Assembly (NCBI GenBank): GCA_036169735.1
Contig: JAVHNX010000036.1
Location: 13,681-77,680 of the forward strand
Length of the DNA stretch: 64,000 bases
Direction of reading: 5' to 3'
From: Minisyncoccota bacterium
GTDB lineage: Bacteria; Patescibacteriota; Minisyncoccia; Phycocordibacterales; UBA9973
Shown: positions 9,392 through 20,619 of the stretch, in pieces
Position numbering within the stretch: position 1 is the first letter of the stretch
How the letters are laid out: each line of letters opens with the position of its first letter
Position numbers and translations under genes: made by a program
The notes under the pieces: generated by a model
Told to the model about the DNA's origin: nothing
Databases searched by the model: none
Seen by the model: the letters and a program-made list of their open reading frames with translations, nothing else

Positions 9392-12067
9392 ATGCCACCA
9401 TTAAATAAATTTACAACTAAAGCCAAAGACGCAATAAAAAAAGCTCACGAGTTGGCGATTGAACGTGGACAAAATCACGTTTCTTCTTTGCATTTACTTG
9501 CTGCATTCTTACTTCAAGAAGAGAGTATGGTGAATTCCATTTTAGATAAAATGGAAATTGATACAATGCTCTTAACCGATTCTGTTTTAGAATTGATTGA
9601 ATCACCTGAGTCACAAACAACAGTTTCTCCCTCATTCCAGATTTATTTGAATCCCGATTTAGCACAAACAATAGAACATTCCGTGAAATTGGCAGAGTCA
9701 TTAAAAGATGAATTTGTTTCGACAGAACATCTTTTTATTGCAATGCTTGAGGTGCCAGGTGAAGCACGAGAGCTTTTGGCTAGATTTAGAATTCACAAAG
9801 ATCTAGTAATAAAAATATTAGAAGAACTTCGCAGTCAAAATATTTCAGATGTATCAGAAACAAAGAAGTTTCGTCTACTTTCAAAATATACTCGCAACAT
9901 GACCAAGCTTGCCAAAGAAGATAAACTTGATCCAGTGATTGGACGTGATAATGAAATTATGCGCATAATGCAAATTCTTTCTCGACGAACAAAAAATAAC
10001 CCTATATTGATAGGTGAAGCAGGAACTGGTAAGACAGCAGTAGTAGAAGGTTTGGCTCAGAGAATAGTCAAGAACGATGTATCTGAATCTTTAAAAGATA
10101 AAGAGCTTGTTTCTTTGGATTTGGGTTCATTGATTGCTGGTACTAAATATCGTGGAGAATTTGAAGAAAGATTAAAAGGCATAATGAAAGAGATAGAGAG
10201 GTCTGACGGTAAAATAATTCTTTTTATTGATGAGATTCACACTATCGTCGGTGCTGGAGGTGCAGAGGGAACAATGGATGCTTCAAATATGTTAAAGCCT
10301 GCATTGGCTCGTGGAGAACTTCGTGCAATCGGAGCAACAACTTTGAAAGAATACCAAAAGCACATAGAAAAAGATCCAGCTTTGGCTCGTCGTTTTCAAC
10401 CAGTTTTTATCGATGAACCTTCCGTAGAAGATGCTATTGCTATCTTGCGAGGACTTAAAGAAAAATATGAACTTTTCCATGGTGTTCGCATTACTGATGA
10501 TGCGATTCTTTCTGCTGTCAATTTGAGTACTCGATATATCACAAATAGATTTTTGCCAGATAAGGCTGTTGATCTTATTGATGAGGCAGCTTCATCCTTA
10601 AAAATTGCACTTGAAAATAAACCTCCAATTTTAGAAGAAGCACACAGAAAAATAATGCGTCTGGAAATTGAAAAAGAAGCATTAAAAAAAGAAAGTTTAG
10701 AAAATAAAGATGCCAAGATGCGAGTTAAAGATATTGATAAAGATATTAGTAACTTACGCGAGAAAACAAAAGAGTTGGAGCTTAAGTGGCAGAATGAAAA
10801 AACAACTGTTACGGAAATACGTTCAATTAAAAAAGAGCTTGAGATTTTTCGTCTTGAAGCAGAGAATGCCGAAGCTCGAGCTGATCTTTCTCGTGCAGCA
10901 GAAATACGTTATGGAAAAATACCCAGTCTGAAAAAAGAACTTGAAACAAAACTTTTACGTTTGAAAAAATTACAAAAATCTAGAAAGATATTAAGAGAAG
11001 AAATAACCTCCGAGGATATTGCAGAAGTTGTTGCTCGTTGGACAGGTATTCCTCTTGTTAAAATGCTTGAAGAAGAACGTGAGAAACTAGAGAAAATGGA
11101 AGAAGAATTACGTAAACGCGTGATAGGGCAAGAAGAAGCAATAAAACGTGTGGCAGATGTTATACGTCGTTCAAGAGCTGGTATTTCTGACCCAAATCGT
11201 CCTATTGGTTCCTTTATATTTTTAGGTCCGACTGGTGTTGGAAAAACAGAATTAACAAAAGCTTTGGCTCAATTTATGTTCAATGATGATAAATCTCTTG
11301 TTCGAGTGGATATGTCAGAATACATGGAGCGTCATTCTATTTCGAAACTTATTGGTTCTCCACCAGGATATGTTGGGCATGATGAATCCGGTCAATTAAC
11401 AGAGGCAGTCAGACATCGACCATATGCTGTAATTCTTTTTGATGAAGTTGAAAAAGCGCATCCAGAAGTTTTCAATATGTTGTTACAGGTTTTAGATGAA
11501 GGAAGATTGACTGACGGAAAAGGAAGAGTAGTTAATTTTAAAAATACAATTATTATTCTTACTTCCAACATTGGTTCCCAGTTTATAAATAAAATGGAAT
11601 CAATCGGATTTTCAAATGCGTCCGACCAACAAAACTATAACAGCATGAAAGATAAAGTCATGGAGACTTTGAAAGATCATTTTCGTCCAGAGTTCTTAAA
11701 TCGATTAGATGAGACTATAGTTTTTGACATATTACCTGAGGCAGCTATTAGACAAATAGTTGATCTTAGAATAAAGGTTGTTAAAGATAGATTGGTCACA
11801 AAAGGAATTGGTTTTGAAATTTCAGATGAGACTCTTTCTTACCTTGCAAAAGAAGGTTTTAATCCTTCTTATGGAGCACGCCCATTAAATCGTCTAATTC
11901 AAAATAAGATTTTGAACTCTGTCGCTACTTTTATTATTTCGCTTAAAGCGAAAAAAGGGGATACTATTTTTGTCTCAATGAAAGATAATGAGATTGTTAT
12001 TGATACTAAGAAAGCTAAGATAAAAAGTCCTATTCGTATTAAAAGTAACTCAGTAAGCAAAATTTAA
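9392..12067 (+). CDS. clpB: ATP-dependent chaperone ClpB
   Basis: Clp N domain, two AAA+ modules (GEAGTGKT; GPTGVGKT), long M-domain coiled coil, GPPGYVG-type loop, YGARPL. Confidence 0.95.
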   Translation: MPPLNKFTTKAKDAIKKAHELAIERGQNHVSSLHLLAAFLLQEESMVNSILDKMEIDTMLLTDSVLELIESPESQTTVSPSFQIYLNPDLAQTIEHSVKLAESLKDEFVSTEHLFIAMLEVPGEARELLARFRIHKDLVIKILEELRSQNISDVSETKKFRLLSKYTRNMTKLAKEDKLDPVIGRDNEIMRIMQILSRRTKNNPILIGEAGTGKTAVVEGLAQRIVKNDVSESLKDKELVSLDLGSLIAGTKYRGEFEERLKGIMKEIERSDGKIILFIDEIHTIVGAGGAEGTMDASNMLKPALARGELRAIGATTLKEYQKHIEKDPALARRFQPVFIDEPSVEDAIAILRGLKEKYELFHGVRITDDAILSAVNLSTRYITNRFLPDKAVDLIDEAASSLKIALENKPPILEEAHRKIMRLEIEKEALKKESLENKDAKMRVKDIDKDISNLREKTKELELKWQNEKTTVTEIRSIKKELEIFRLEAENAEARADLSRAAEIRYGKIPSLKKELETKLLRLKKLQKSRKILREEITSEDIAEVVARWTGIPLVKMLEEEREKLEKMEEELRKRVIGQEEAIKRVADVIRRSRAGISDPNRPIGSFIFLGPTGVGKTELTKALAQFMFNDDKSLVRVDMSEYMERHSISKLIGSPPGYVGHDESGQLTEAVRHRPYAVILFDEVEKAHPEVFNMLLQVLDEGRLTDGKGRVVNFKNTIIILTSNIGSQFINKMESIGFSNASDQQNYNSMKDKVMETLKDHFRPEFLNRLDETIVFDILPEAAIRQIVDLRIKVVKDRLVTKGIGFEISDETLSYLAKEGFNPSYGARPLNRLIQNKILNSVATFIISLKAKKGDTIFVSMKDNEIVIDTKKAKIKSPIRIKSNSVSKI

Positions 12068-12111
12068 CAAATAAAAAAACCTAAACTTTCGTTTAGGTTT
12101 TTTTATTTGTT
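12066..12111. terminator. Bidirectional terminator
   Basis: AACAAATAAAAAAACCTAAAC-TTTC-GTTTAGGTTTTTTTATTTGTT. Confidence 0.8.
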
Positions 12112-12273
12112 GGGAAGGAATTTCTCGCCTTACAGGCGCAGTATACCTTTTGCATACGCTTTCAGTCTATAAGCAAAAGCTTTTCGAGTCCTTCATAAGA
12201 GCAAATAAATTTGCTCTTACTCGACGACACATACAAAAAATCCCCAAACAGAAGTTTGGGGATTTTTATGTTG

Positions 12274-12356
12274 TGCGTCGGGAAGGATTCGAACCTTCGA
12301 AGCCCGGAGGCGACAGATTTACAGTCTGTTGTGATAGACCACTCCACCACCGACGC
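12274..12356 (-). tRNA. tRNA-Tyr(GTA)
   Basis: GCGTCGG acceptor stem, ACAGA-CTGTAAA-TCTGT, long variable arm, GGTTCGAATCC. Confidence 0.95.
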
Positions 12357-12442
12357 ATGTATACAAAATAACATAAAAATATTTTTTCTGCATCTTTTTA
12401 TTTATTTTGAAAATAAGTTATGGCTTGGTATAATTAGGGGAT

Positions 12443-12811
12443 ATGAATACTAATAAAATAGAAATATTAATAGCGAGGATTGGTTTAGCTTTTCCTTTTA
12501 TTTATGCCGCTATCGCTAGTTTGATTAATCCTTCTTTTTGGCTTGGATTTTTTCCTCCTTTTATGACGAATTTATTACCTCAAGGATTTCTAATTACAGG
12601 CTGGGCAATTTTGCAAATCACGGTTGGTTTATGGCTTGTTATCGGTAGAAAAATTCTAATTCCAAGTATAATTGCTGCGTTTATGCTTGTTGGTATCTTG
12701 ATTTTTAATTACAAACTGTTAGATCTTATTTTTAGAGATGTATCTATCTTGGCAACTGCTGTATTTTTGATTATATATTCCTACAGAGAACAGAATAATA
12801 AAACTCTATAG
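12443..12811 (+). CDS. DoxX-family membrane protein
   Basis: RIGLAFPFIYAAI...P.FW; FRDV.IL; 4 TM. Confidence 0.65.
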   Translation: MNTNKIEILIARIGLAFPFIYAAIASLINPSFWLGFFPPFMTNLLPQGFLITGWAILQITVGLWLVIGRKILIPSIIAAFMLVGILIFNYKLLDLIFRDVSILATAVFLIIYSYREQNNKTL

Positions 12812-12848
12812 ATATTGACTTTAGGTCAATTTATGTTATCATTTTAGT

Positions 12849-13406
12849 ATGATAATACCAGTAACAATACCGCCGACAATGCCTTATAACGTACCGTTAT
12901 ATTCCCAAATAAGTGATATTTCATCTGTTGCATGGAAGCAAAAAGGCTGCGGAGTAGCAGACCTTGCAATGATAATTGAATACTATAAACCCAACACAAC
13001 CTCAGTTCAAAAGGTTCTTGAGGAAGGTATTGCTGGAGGTGCTTACCAAAAGAACGTAGGGTGGAAACATGACGGGCTGGCAGCCTTGGCTGTAAAACAC
13101 GGCCTAGTCGGTAGAACTTTTGATTTTTCAAAACTAGACAAAAAGAGTGCCTTTATTGAGTTTCAAGATATTATAAAAGAGGGTCCTGCTGTGGCATCAA
13201 TTCATCATGGTTTTAATCCTAAAAGTCCGTATGGTCACCTTGTTGTCGTAACTGGTTTTGACGAAGATTTTATTTATTACAACGATCCAGGAAAACATGA
13301 TGGTATCAGAAAAGTATCAGTTACAGATTTTATGAAGGGTTGGAAGAAAAGACTTATTGTTGTAAGACCTCCTGAAACAAAAATACAAGTAGCATTAGCG
13401 CGTTAA
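12849..13406 (+). CDS. C39-like cysteine peptidase
   Basis: VPLYSQ, GCGVADLAM (Cys), GHLVVVTG (His), YYNDP (Asp). Confidence 0.8.
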   Translation: MIIPVTIPPTMPYNVPLYSQISDISSVAWKQKGCGVADLAMIIEYYKPNTTSVQKVLEEGIAGGAYQKNVGWKHDGLAALAVKHGLVGRTFDFSKLDKKSAFIEFQDIIKEGPAVASIHHGFNPKSPYGHLVVVTGFDEDFIYYNDPGKHDGIRKVSVTDFMKGWKKRLIVVRPPETKIQVALAR

Positions 13407-15335
13407 TGCTGTACCAACAAGGCATACTTTTTGCCAAGGTTGGTAGATACTTTTGAAAATTCTTTTTTTAGTTGTACCGTCTTGGTATTTTACAGAATAT
13501 AAAACTTCAGTAGTCACACCGTCGTGTGGTGTCTCTGTGCATTGTGTTTTTCCAACAGGAATATCTTTGCTTTGGATATATTTTGTTTTTGGTGCAGGAA
13601 TTTTGTCGTGTATATATGGTTTTGATATCTCTACAGAGCGGCCATCTTTTTGTCCGTAAAGTTCCATTATAACTTGTTTATTTTCTACTCTTGCTTGTAA
13701 GAGCAGAAAACCACCTGTGTCATTTACAAAACTAAGATCTGGATGAGGGCCGTAGATTGTTGCATCGAGTCCTGGTGGATTATAATAACCAATAACAAAA
13801 CGGTGATTCATTCTTTCTGTAATAGATAATCCAGCGTTAAGAGCTAAACGAAAAAGGGTAGTAGCAACTTGGCATAAACCTCCTCCAAATTCTTTAGTGG
13901 TTTTATTTTCTTTGATTACCGTTTCTTTTACATAACCTTTTTTTCTGGTAACGGAACCAATAGAAGATACTGTGGAAAATTCTGCACCTGGGGCTATTAA
14001 TATTCCATTGATAGCAGCGACTCCTATTTTTATATTATGTTCTCGATCTTTACTACTCCCATTAAAACTTGTACGTATTTCCCCAACTAAATCCCTTATT
14101 TGATATTTTGATATTGTCTCTTTTGTTATTTTAGGCTCAACCTGAATAGTTTCAATAGGTAAATATTGGATATTATTTAGGGTATCTAAATTCATTTCTG
14201 ATTCATGAATTATTTTTTCAATTTTTTGTACAATGTTTTCTATATCTATGATGTTGCCAGGTTTACCTGGAGCTATTTCAATCAGTTTTCCATTTTGAAT
14301 TTCAAAACGGCTATTTTGGGGTGGGTTATTAATAAATTTAGTAACTGTTGTACTAAAATAATCGTTTAGTTTTGTGTTGTCAATATCGATTTTGCCTTCT
14401 TTGTTTATTGTCAGCCATGTTACAAGCTTTGGTCCTGCTATTTTCCATTCGTGTCCTTTATATTGAAATACAAAATTTGTTTTTTGTGAAAAGTTTTCAG
14501 CAAAAACTAAAAATGGACTTAGATCTTCTTGTGTTATTGTAGGAATGTCTATTTCTGTCTTGAAAACTGTAGAAGATGTGTCAAATTGATTTAATTTTTT
14601 TTCTAAAATATTAAGAATTTCTTCTTTATCTATTGTTTCTCCTGTCTCTTCTTTTAAAATAGAAATTTTATTTTCAGTAGATGAAAATCTTGCCGGTAAA
14701 TTTTTCTTCAAAAAACCAGAAAGATCATTTTCAAGCAATGAGTTAACTGCTTCATTTTGAATAGAAATAGAAAACTTGAAATTTTTTCTTACAAACAGGA
14801 GAGAAAATTGTTCTTTTAGTCTGCGGAATATATTTTTTTCATGTCCCCAAGCATAAGCTTCTTTTAGGTCATTTTCCCATTCATCAAGCGTAAAGTATTC
14901 CACAGAATTATCTGAAGTTAATCCTGTTGTGGATATTGGTATATTTATATTTTGAATTCCTTTGGATGTTTCAAAACTTACATTTAATCCATTTTTTTGT
15001 AGCTCTTCTGCTTTTTCTTTAAAATGACCGAGTGCTTCATCATAAGTCTGACCACCGATAGATTCACTACCAATAAAAACACCTGGATAAAACCGGTCGT
15101 TATACTTTGTTTCAAAAGCTATGAATGCCCATATTCCTATGAGTAATGGTAATAATAAAAATAATAAGCCCAAAAATGATAATCCAAAGGCAACAAAAGG
15201 AGGAATAGATTCCTTTGTTTTTTCTATTTGTATTTTATTTACATCTTTAGGATGGTGTTTTTTCTTGAAGTGTTTATGTGGAAAGTGTTTAAACATTTCT
15301 GTATTATAGGACTTTGTAGATGATTTTACTATCAC
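13395..15335 (-). CDS. VanW-family protein with PG-binding-4-like domains
   Basis: N-terminal TM; GGGLCQVATTLFRLALNAGL.I.ER.NH; GLDATIY...DL.F.ND; C-terminal G5-like segment. Confidence 0.88.
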   Translation of the reverse strand: MIVKSSTKSYNTEMFKHFPHKHFKKKHHPKDVNKIQIEKTKESIPPFVAFGLSFLGLLFLLLPLLIGIWAFIAFETKYNDRFYPGVFIGSESIGGQTYDEALGHFKEKAEELQKNGLNVSFETSKGIQNINIPISTTGLTSDNSVEYFTLDEWENDLKEAYAWGHEKNIFRRLKEQFSLLFVRKNFKFSISIQNEAVNSLLENDLSGFLKKNLPARFSSTENKISILKEETGETIDKEEILNILEKKLNQFDTSSTVFKTEIDIPTITQEDLSPFLVFAENFSQKTNFVFQYKGHEWKIAGPKLVTWLTINKEGKIDIDNTKLNDYFSTTVTKFINNPPQNSRFEIQNGKLIEIAPGKPGNIIDIENIVQKIEKIIHESEMNLDTLNNIQYLPIETIQVEPKITKETISKYQIRDLVGEIRTSFNGSSKDREHNIKIGVAAINGILIAPGAEFSTVSSIGSVTRKKGYVKETVIKENKTTKEFGGGLCQVATTLFRLALNAGLSITERMNHRFVIGYYNPPGLDATIYGPHPDLSFVNDTGGFLLLQARVENKQVIMELYGQKDGRSVEISKPYIHDKIPAPKTKYIQSKDIPVGKTQCTETPHDGVTTEVLYSVKYQDGTTKKRIFKSIYQPWQKVCLVGTALTR

Positions 15336-15402
15336 TCATATTATAAGTTAGATTTTTATATCTAAAGATGGCGAATTTATATATATAACATATAATGTAA
15401 AC

Positions 15403-18030
15403 ATGAATTGGCTTAGACATATTTTTTCAAAAATTAAAGGAGGAGAGGAAATTGATAATTCTTCTCAAAAGGAACTCTCAGATAATTTATTAGAATTTGC
15501 TATTAACGACTCTAATTTTGCACTAAATAAACTAGATTCTAGTGTAAGTGGTTTAGATCAAGAAGAGGTTCAAAAAAGAATTAAAATTTTTGGATTTAAT
15601 GACCTCTCTGAAGAGAAAAAAACAAATCATTTGTTTAGGTTATTTAAAATCTTAAAAGATCCTTTAAATTTACTTTTGGCAGTTTTGGCAATAGTTTCTT
15701 TTTTTGTTGGTGATACTAAAGCCGCTACTATCATCATAGTGATGGTTTTAATGAGTATTATTTTAAATTTTTATCAGGAAACAAAAGCTGAAATAGCTGC
15801 TGATAAATTAAAATCAATAATTCATGCAAAATCTACCGTAATAAGAGGGGGAATTAAATCCCAAATTTTGTTAAGAGAAATTGTTCCTGGTGATATAGTT
15901 TTTTTGTATTCTGGTACGATTATTCCAGGAGATGTTAGGTTAATTTCTTCAAAAGATTTATTTATAAATCAAGCGACATTGACTGGTGAATCGATGCCAG
16001 TTGAAAAACATATTACTGATATTGATTTAAATGATAAAAGTGTAATAGAAATTAGTAATTTGTGTTTTTTGGGTACGAGTGTTGAAAGCGGTGTGGCTAC
16101 AGCTTTGGTTTTGAGTACTGGAAGAAAAACTTATTTAGGTAATATTTCTCACGATATAAATAAAAATAATCATGTTTCTGATTTTAATAAGGAGTTAAAA
16201 CAGTTTGTTCTTTTGATTCTAAAATTTATGGCAGTTATGGTGCCTGCTGTTTTTTTATTTAATGGTTTTTTCAAAGGGGATTGGTTTGAGGCTTTTTTGT
16301 TTGCGATTGCTGTTGCTGTTGGTGTTGCACCAGAAATGATTCCAACGATTGTGGCTGTAAATTTATCAAAAGGAGCTTTGGTTTTGTCAAAAAATAAAGT
16401 TATTGTAAAACACTTGGATGCTATTGAGAATCTAGGAGTAATGGATGTTTTATGTACAGACAAGACGGGAACAATAACAGAAGGAAAAATTGTCTTAGAA
16501 AAACATTTAGATATCAATGGCAAGGAGAGTGTTGAAGCATTACATTGTGCATTTATAAATAGTTATTTTCAGACAGGTTTAAACGATATCATAGATGATG
16601 CTATTTTAAGACATGAAGAAGCCAAGGAAAAACTAGAAATAGTAAACTATCAAAAGATAGATGAAATTCCTTTTGATTACAACAGAAGAAAAATGTCGGT
16701 GATAGTATCAAATGATAAAGATAAAAATTTATTTGTCTGTAAAGGAGCAGTAGAAGAAGTTTTGGGTTCTTGTAGTGGCGTACTAGTTGATAATAAAATA
16801 GTTTCCTTAAGTGGTTTCAGTGAAGATAAAAAAATACAAATTGAAAAGGAGTTAAATAAAGATGGTTTTCGGGTTATTGCTATTGCATACAAAGAAGTTA
16901 GTAAAGATAAAAAGATTTTTACTAGTGATGATGAAAATGATCTTATTTTTGTTGGATTTCTTGCATTTTTTGATCCACCCAAACAAAGTGCTGCTGAAAC
17001 GATAGAAGATCTAAATGAGTTGGGTGTAAGTGTAAAAATTTTAACGGGTGACAACGAAATAGTTACAAGAAAAATATGCGAGGAAGTAGGTATGCATATA
17101 GATAGAATACTTTTAGGTAAAGACATTGAAAAATTTACTGATGAGGAGTTGGCAAGAGAAGTTGAATTAGTTTCAGTTTATGCCAAACTTTCTCCGTATG
17201 ATAAAGAGAGAATAATAAAAACCTTACGCAAAAATAATCACGTAGTGGGTTTTCTTGGAGATGGTATCAATGATTCTCTTTCTTTAATTTCTGCCGATAT
17301 AGGGATATCTGTCGACACAGCAGCTGATATAGCGAAAGAGTCTTCAGATATGATTTTATTGGAAAAAAGTTTACTTGTTCTTAAAGAAGGAATTAAAGAG
17401 GGAAGAAGAATTTTTGATAACATAATAAAATATATAAAAATGGCAGCTAGTTCAAATTTTGGAAATATGTTCAGTGTGGTCGGTGGAAGTATATTTTTAC
17501 CTTTCCTTCCAATGTTGCCTGTCCAGATTTTAACTAACAATATTTTGTATGATTTTTCACAAATGACTATTCCAACAGACAACGTAGACGAGGAACGTTT
17601 ATTGAAACCTAAAAAATGGGACTTCAAAAATATTAAAAGATTTATTTTGTTTTTTGGTCCGATAAGTTCTTTGTTTGATTATGCTACTTTTTTTGTAATG
17701 CTTTATGTTTTTCACGCTTGGGGTAATCCTGCTCTTTTCCAGACTGGTTGGTTTGTTGAATCATTACTTACTCAGACTTTGATTGTACATATTATTAGAA
17801 CAAGTAAGATTCCATTTTTCCAGAGTATGGCTAGCTGGCCTCTGGTTGTTTCTACTTTGTCTGTAATTGCGTTTGGAATCTACCTTCCATTTTCACCATT
17901 TGCTGAAGCCTTTAAGCTTGTTGCACTACCAGTGTCATATTTTATATTTTTAGTTATTGGGCTTATTCTTTACTTTATATTAACTCAATTCCTAAAGATG
18001 TGGTTTATTAAAAAATACGAGTGGATATAA
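15403..18030 (+). CDS. mgtA: Magnesium-translocating P-type ATPase
   Basis: TGES, PEMIP, DKTGT, GDGIND, SSNFGNMFSV (P3B signature), FQTGWFVES. Confidence 0.93.
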   Translation: MNWLRHIFSKIKGGEEIDNSSQKELSDNLLEFAINDSNFALNKLDSSVSGLDQEEVQKRIKIFGFNDLSEEKKTNHLFRLFKILKDPLNLLLAVLAIVSFFVGDTKAATIIIVMVLMSIILNFYQETKAEIAADKLKSIIHAKSTVIRGGIKSQILLREIVPGDIVFLYSGTIIPGDVRLISSKDLFINQATLTGESMPVEKHITDIDLNDKSVIEISNLCFLGTSVESGVATALVLSTGRKTYLGNISHDINKNNHVSDFNKELKQFVLLILKFMAVMVPAVFLFNGFFKGDWFEAFLFAIAVAVGVAPEMIPTIVAVNLSKGALVLSKNKVIVKHLDAIENLGVMDVLCTDKTGTITEGKIVLEKHLDINGKESVEALHCAFINSYFQTGLNDIIDDAILRHEEAKEKLEIVNYQKIDEIPFDYNRRKMSVIVSNDKDKNLFVCKGAVEEVLGSCSGVLVDNKIVSLSGFSEDKKIQIEKELNKDGFRVIAIAYKEVSKDKKIFTSDDENDLIFVGFLAFFDPPKQSAAETIEDLNELGVSVKILTGDNEIVTRKICEEVGMHIDRILLGKDIEKFTDEELAREVELVSVYAKLSPYDKERIIKTLRKNNHVVGFLGDGINDSLSLISADIGISVDTAADIAKESSDMILLEKSLLVLKEGIKEGRRIFDNIIKYIKMAASSNFGNMFSVVGGSIFLPFLPMLPVQILTNNILYDFSQMTIPTDNVDEERLLKPKKWDFKNIKRFILFFGPISSLFDYATFFVMLYVFHAWGNPALFQTGWFVESLLTQTLIVHIIRTSKIPFFQSMASWPLVVSTLSVIAFGIYLPFSPFAEAFKLVALPVSYFIFLVIGLILYFILTQFLKMWFIKKYEWI

Positions 18031-18074
18031 GAGTTGTTTGCTTTATTGGTTCAAGATGATAAATTAAGTATGTT

Positions 18075-18995
18075 ATGAATAAAAGATATATTATCAGTTT
18101 CATTCTAATAATTTCTATTGTTTTGTTTTTGGTCTTTTTATTCCGCATTCAAAAACAAACACCAATCAAGTCTGATAGGTTACAAGTCGTGGCTAGCTTT
18201 TACCCTTTGTATTTCTTTGCTAGTCAAATTGGTGGAGACAAAGTTCAAGTAATAAATATTACTCCTGCCGGCATTGAACCACATGACTATGAACCAAAAG
18301 CTCAAGACATGGCCAAAATAGAAAATAGTAGTTTATTAGTTTTAAATGGTGGTGGTTTGGAATCTTGGGGTAAAAATATTGAAACAAATATAAATCCTGA
18401 ACGTACAAAAATACTAACAGTAGGAGATGGTTTATTAAATAGACAAATAACAGAAAATGGAAAAGAAAGTATTGATCCACATATTTGGCTTTCACCAGAA
18501 GTTTCAAAAAAAATAGTGGATAAAATTACTGAAAGTTTCATAGAAGTTGATTCTATGAATAAAGATTATTATCTCTCTAATGCTAACATCTTAAAAGAAA
18601 AATTAAGTAACCTTGATTTGTCTTATAAACAAGGTCTAAGTAATTGCACAGAAAAAAATATTATTACATCTCATACTGCTTTTGGGTATTTAGCTGCAAC
18701 TTATGGTTTTAATCAAATATCAATCGCAGGATTGTCACCTGATGCGGAGCCTTCCACGAAGCAATTGGTAGATATACTAAAATTTGCTAAACTTAATAAT
18801 GTTAAGTACATATTTTTTGAGAGTCTGGTTAATCCAAAACTTTCAGAGACTATTGCAAACGAAATCGGAGCACAGACTATGGTATTAAATCCTATTGAAG
18901 GATTGACTCAGAGCGAACTATCTAAAGGTAAGGATTACTTTACTGAGATGCAGAATAACTTATTAAATTTAGAAATAGCATTACAATGCAAATAG
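18075..18995 (+). CDS. znuA: Zn/Mn ABC transporter substrate-binding protein
   Basis: EPHDYEP, DPHIWLSP, HTAFGYL. Confidence 0.85.
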   Translation: MNKRYIISFILIISIVLFLVFLFRIQKQTPIKSDRLQVVASFYPLYFFASQIGGDKVQVINITPAGIEPHDYEPKAQDMAKIENSSLLVLNGGGLESWGKNIETNINPERTKILTVGDGLLNRQITENGKESIDPHIWLSPEVSKKIVDKITESFIEVDSMNKDYYLSNANILKEKLSNLDLSYKQGLSNCTEKNIITSHTAFGYLAATYGFNQISIAGLSPDAEPSTKQLVDILKFAKLNNVKYIFFESLVNPKLSETIANEIGAQTMVLNPIEGLTQSELSKGKDYFTEMQNNLLNLEIALQCK

Positions 18996-19759
18996 TAGAT
19001 CATACAAAAAATATTATAGAAGTAAAAAATATTTTCTTTTCTTATAATAAAGAAGAGGTTATTCGAGATATTTCTTTTGATGTACATCAAGGTGATTATT
19101 TAGGAATGATAGGACCAAACGGAGCGGGTAAAACAACCTTATTAAAAATAATGCTAGGACTTCTTGTTGCTGGTAGTGGTTCTGTTAAATTATTTGGACA
19201 GGATATTAAGAATTTTAAAGATTGGCAAAAAATAGGTTATGTACCACAAAAGGCGACTAGTTTTGATATCAATTTTCCTGCGACAGTGAAAGAAGTAGTA
19301 TTAATGGGTAGATATGCTCGTGCTGGACTTTTCCATGGAATGACTAAAAAAGATTTAAACTTAGTACAGAAATCTTTAGAACAAGTTGATATGTGGGAAT
19401 ACAGAGACCGACTTATTGGAGATCTTTCTGGTGGACAACAACAGCGTGTTTTTATCGCACGAGCTCTTGTCTCCGAACCAGAAATTATTTTTTTGGATGA
19501 GCCTACCTCTGGTGTAGATGAAAAAACTCAAAATGAATTTTTTAGTTTACTTAGAAAATTAAACCAGGAATTTTCTTTGACATTAGTTCTTGTTTCTCAT
19601 GATATAGAAAAGATTACTAAAGAAGTAATGCATATTGCTTGTATAGACAAAACTCTAGTTTGCCATATGTCTCCAGAAGAATATATAAAAGAAAGTCATG
19701 ATGTAAATATTTCTGGGTTGCCGGTAAAAATTATTACTTCACATCACCATAATAATTAA
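18986..19759 (+). CDS. znuC: Zn/Mn ABC transporter ATPase
   Basis: GPNGAGKT, IGYVPQ, LSGGQQQR, LDEP, His-rich tail. Confidence 0.88.
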   Translation: MQIVDHTKNIIEVKNIFFSYNKEEVIRDISFDVHQGDYLGMIGPNGAGKTTLLKIMLGLLVAGSGSVKLFGQDIKNFKDWQKIGYVPQKATSFDINFPATVKEVVLMGRYARAGLFHGMTKKDLNLVQKSLEQVDMWEYRDRLIGDLSGGQQQRVFIARALVSEPEIIFLDEPTSGVDEKTQNEFFSLLRKLNQEFSLTLVLVSHDIEKITKEVMHIACIDKTLVCHMSPEEYIKESHDVNISGLPVKIITSHHHNN

Positions 19760-19777
19760 TAAAAATAATATAAAAAA

Positions 19778-20581
19778 ATGTTAGAAAATATTTTACAATA
19801 TGGTTTTGTGGTTAGGGGATTGGAAGCTGGAATTGTCGTTGCGATTATTGCTCCGTTGATTGGTATTTTTCTTGTTCTTAGAAGATACTCACTCATTGCT
19901 GATACTCTTTCTCATGTGTCCTTAGCGGGCATCTCTATCGGTTTACTCCTGGGTTTGAATCCTATGGCGACTGCTTTGGGCTCCACTGTCTTGGCTTCAT
20001 TCGGAATCGAACGTCTTCGTACTTCTAAAAGAGTCTACGGTGAATCGGCATTAGCTTTATTTATGTCCGGTAGTTTAGCGTTGGCTATTGTTTTGCTTAG
20101 TCTTTCTAATGGTTTGAATGCGAATCTTTTTAATTATTTATTTGGAAGTATTGTTACTGTTACAATAAACGATGTAATCATGATTGGTCTTTTAGCTATC
20201 GTTGTTGTTGTTACTTTGTTTACTTTTTATAAAGAACTTGTATATGTTACCTTCGATGAAGAAGCAGCAAAGGTCAGTGGCATCCCTGTTCGTTTTATTA
20301 ATACAATCCTTATTTTTCTTACAGCTCTAACTGTATCTCTTGCAATGCCGATCGTCGGTGTTTTGTTAATTGCTGCTTTGATTGTTGTTCCAGTCGTCAC
20401 AGCATTACAATTACGTAAAAGTTTCATACAGACAATTATTTGGGCAGAAATTATTTCTATTTTTTCAGTAATTTCCGGAATCATTTTTTCTTTTTATTTA
20501 AATCTTTCTACTGGAGGCACAATTGTCTTATTGATGCTTTCTATTTTTGTTATAGTTTTCTTTTCTAAACGTAGTAATTAA
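19778..20581 (+). CDS. znuB: Zn/Mn ABC transporter permease
   Basis: DTLSHVSLAG, YLFGSI, FDEEAAKVSG. Confidence 0.88.
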   Translation: MLENILQYGFVVRGLEAGIVVAIIAPLIGIFLVLRRYSLIADTLSHVSLAGISIGLLLGLNPMATALGSTVLASFGIERLRTSKRVYGESALALFMSGSLALAIVLLSLSNGLNANLFNYLFGSIVTVTINDVIMIGLLAIVVVVTLFTFYKELVYVTFDEEAAKVSGIPVRFINTILIFLTALTVSLAMPIVGVLLIAALIVVPVVTALQLRKSFIQTIIWAEIISIFSVISGIIFSFYLNLSTGGTIVLLMLSIFVIVFFSKRSN

Positions 20582-20619
20582 AAAGGTATTTTTAGAAATT
20601 AAATTTATTTGCTGTTTTA

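Noticed and set aside
12112-12194. Possible extra tRNA or attR site
   Set aside because: Cannot be folded into a cloverleaf, the tRNA-like piece is inverted rather than direct, and no integrase is present; reported as a mirror structure instead.
12150-12453. Three short ORFs over tRNA-Tyr
   Set aside because: Shadow frames of the tRNA and its flanking hairpins.
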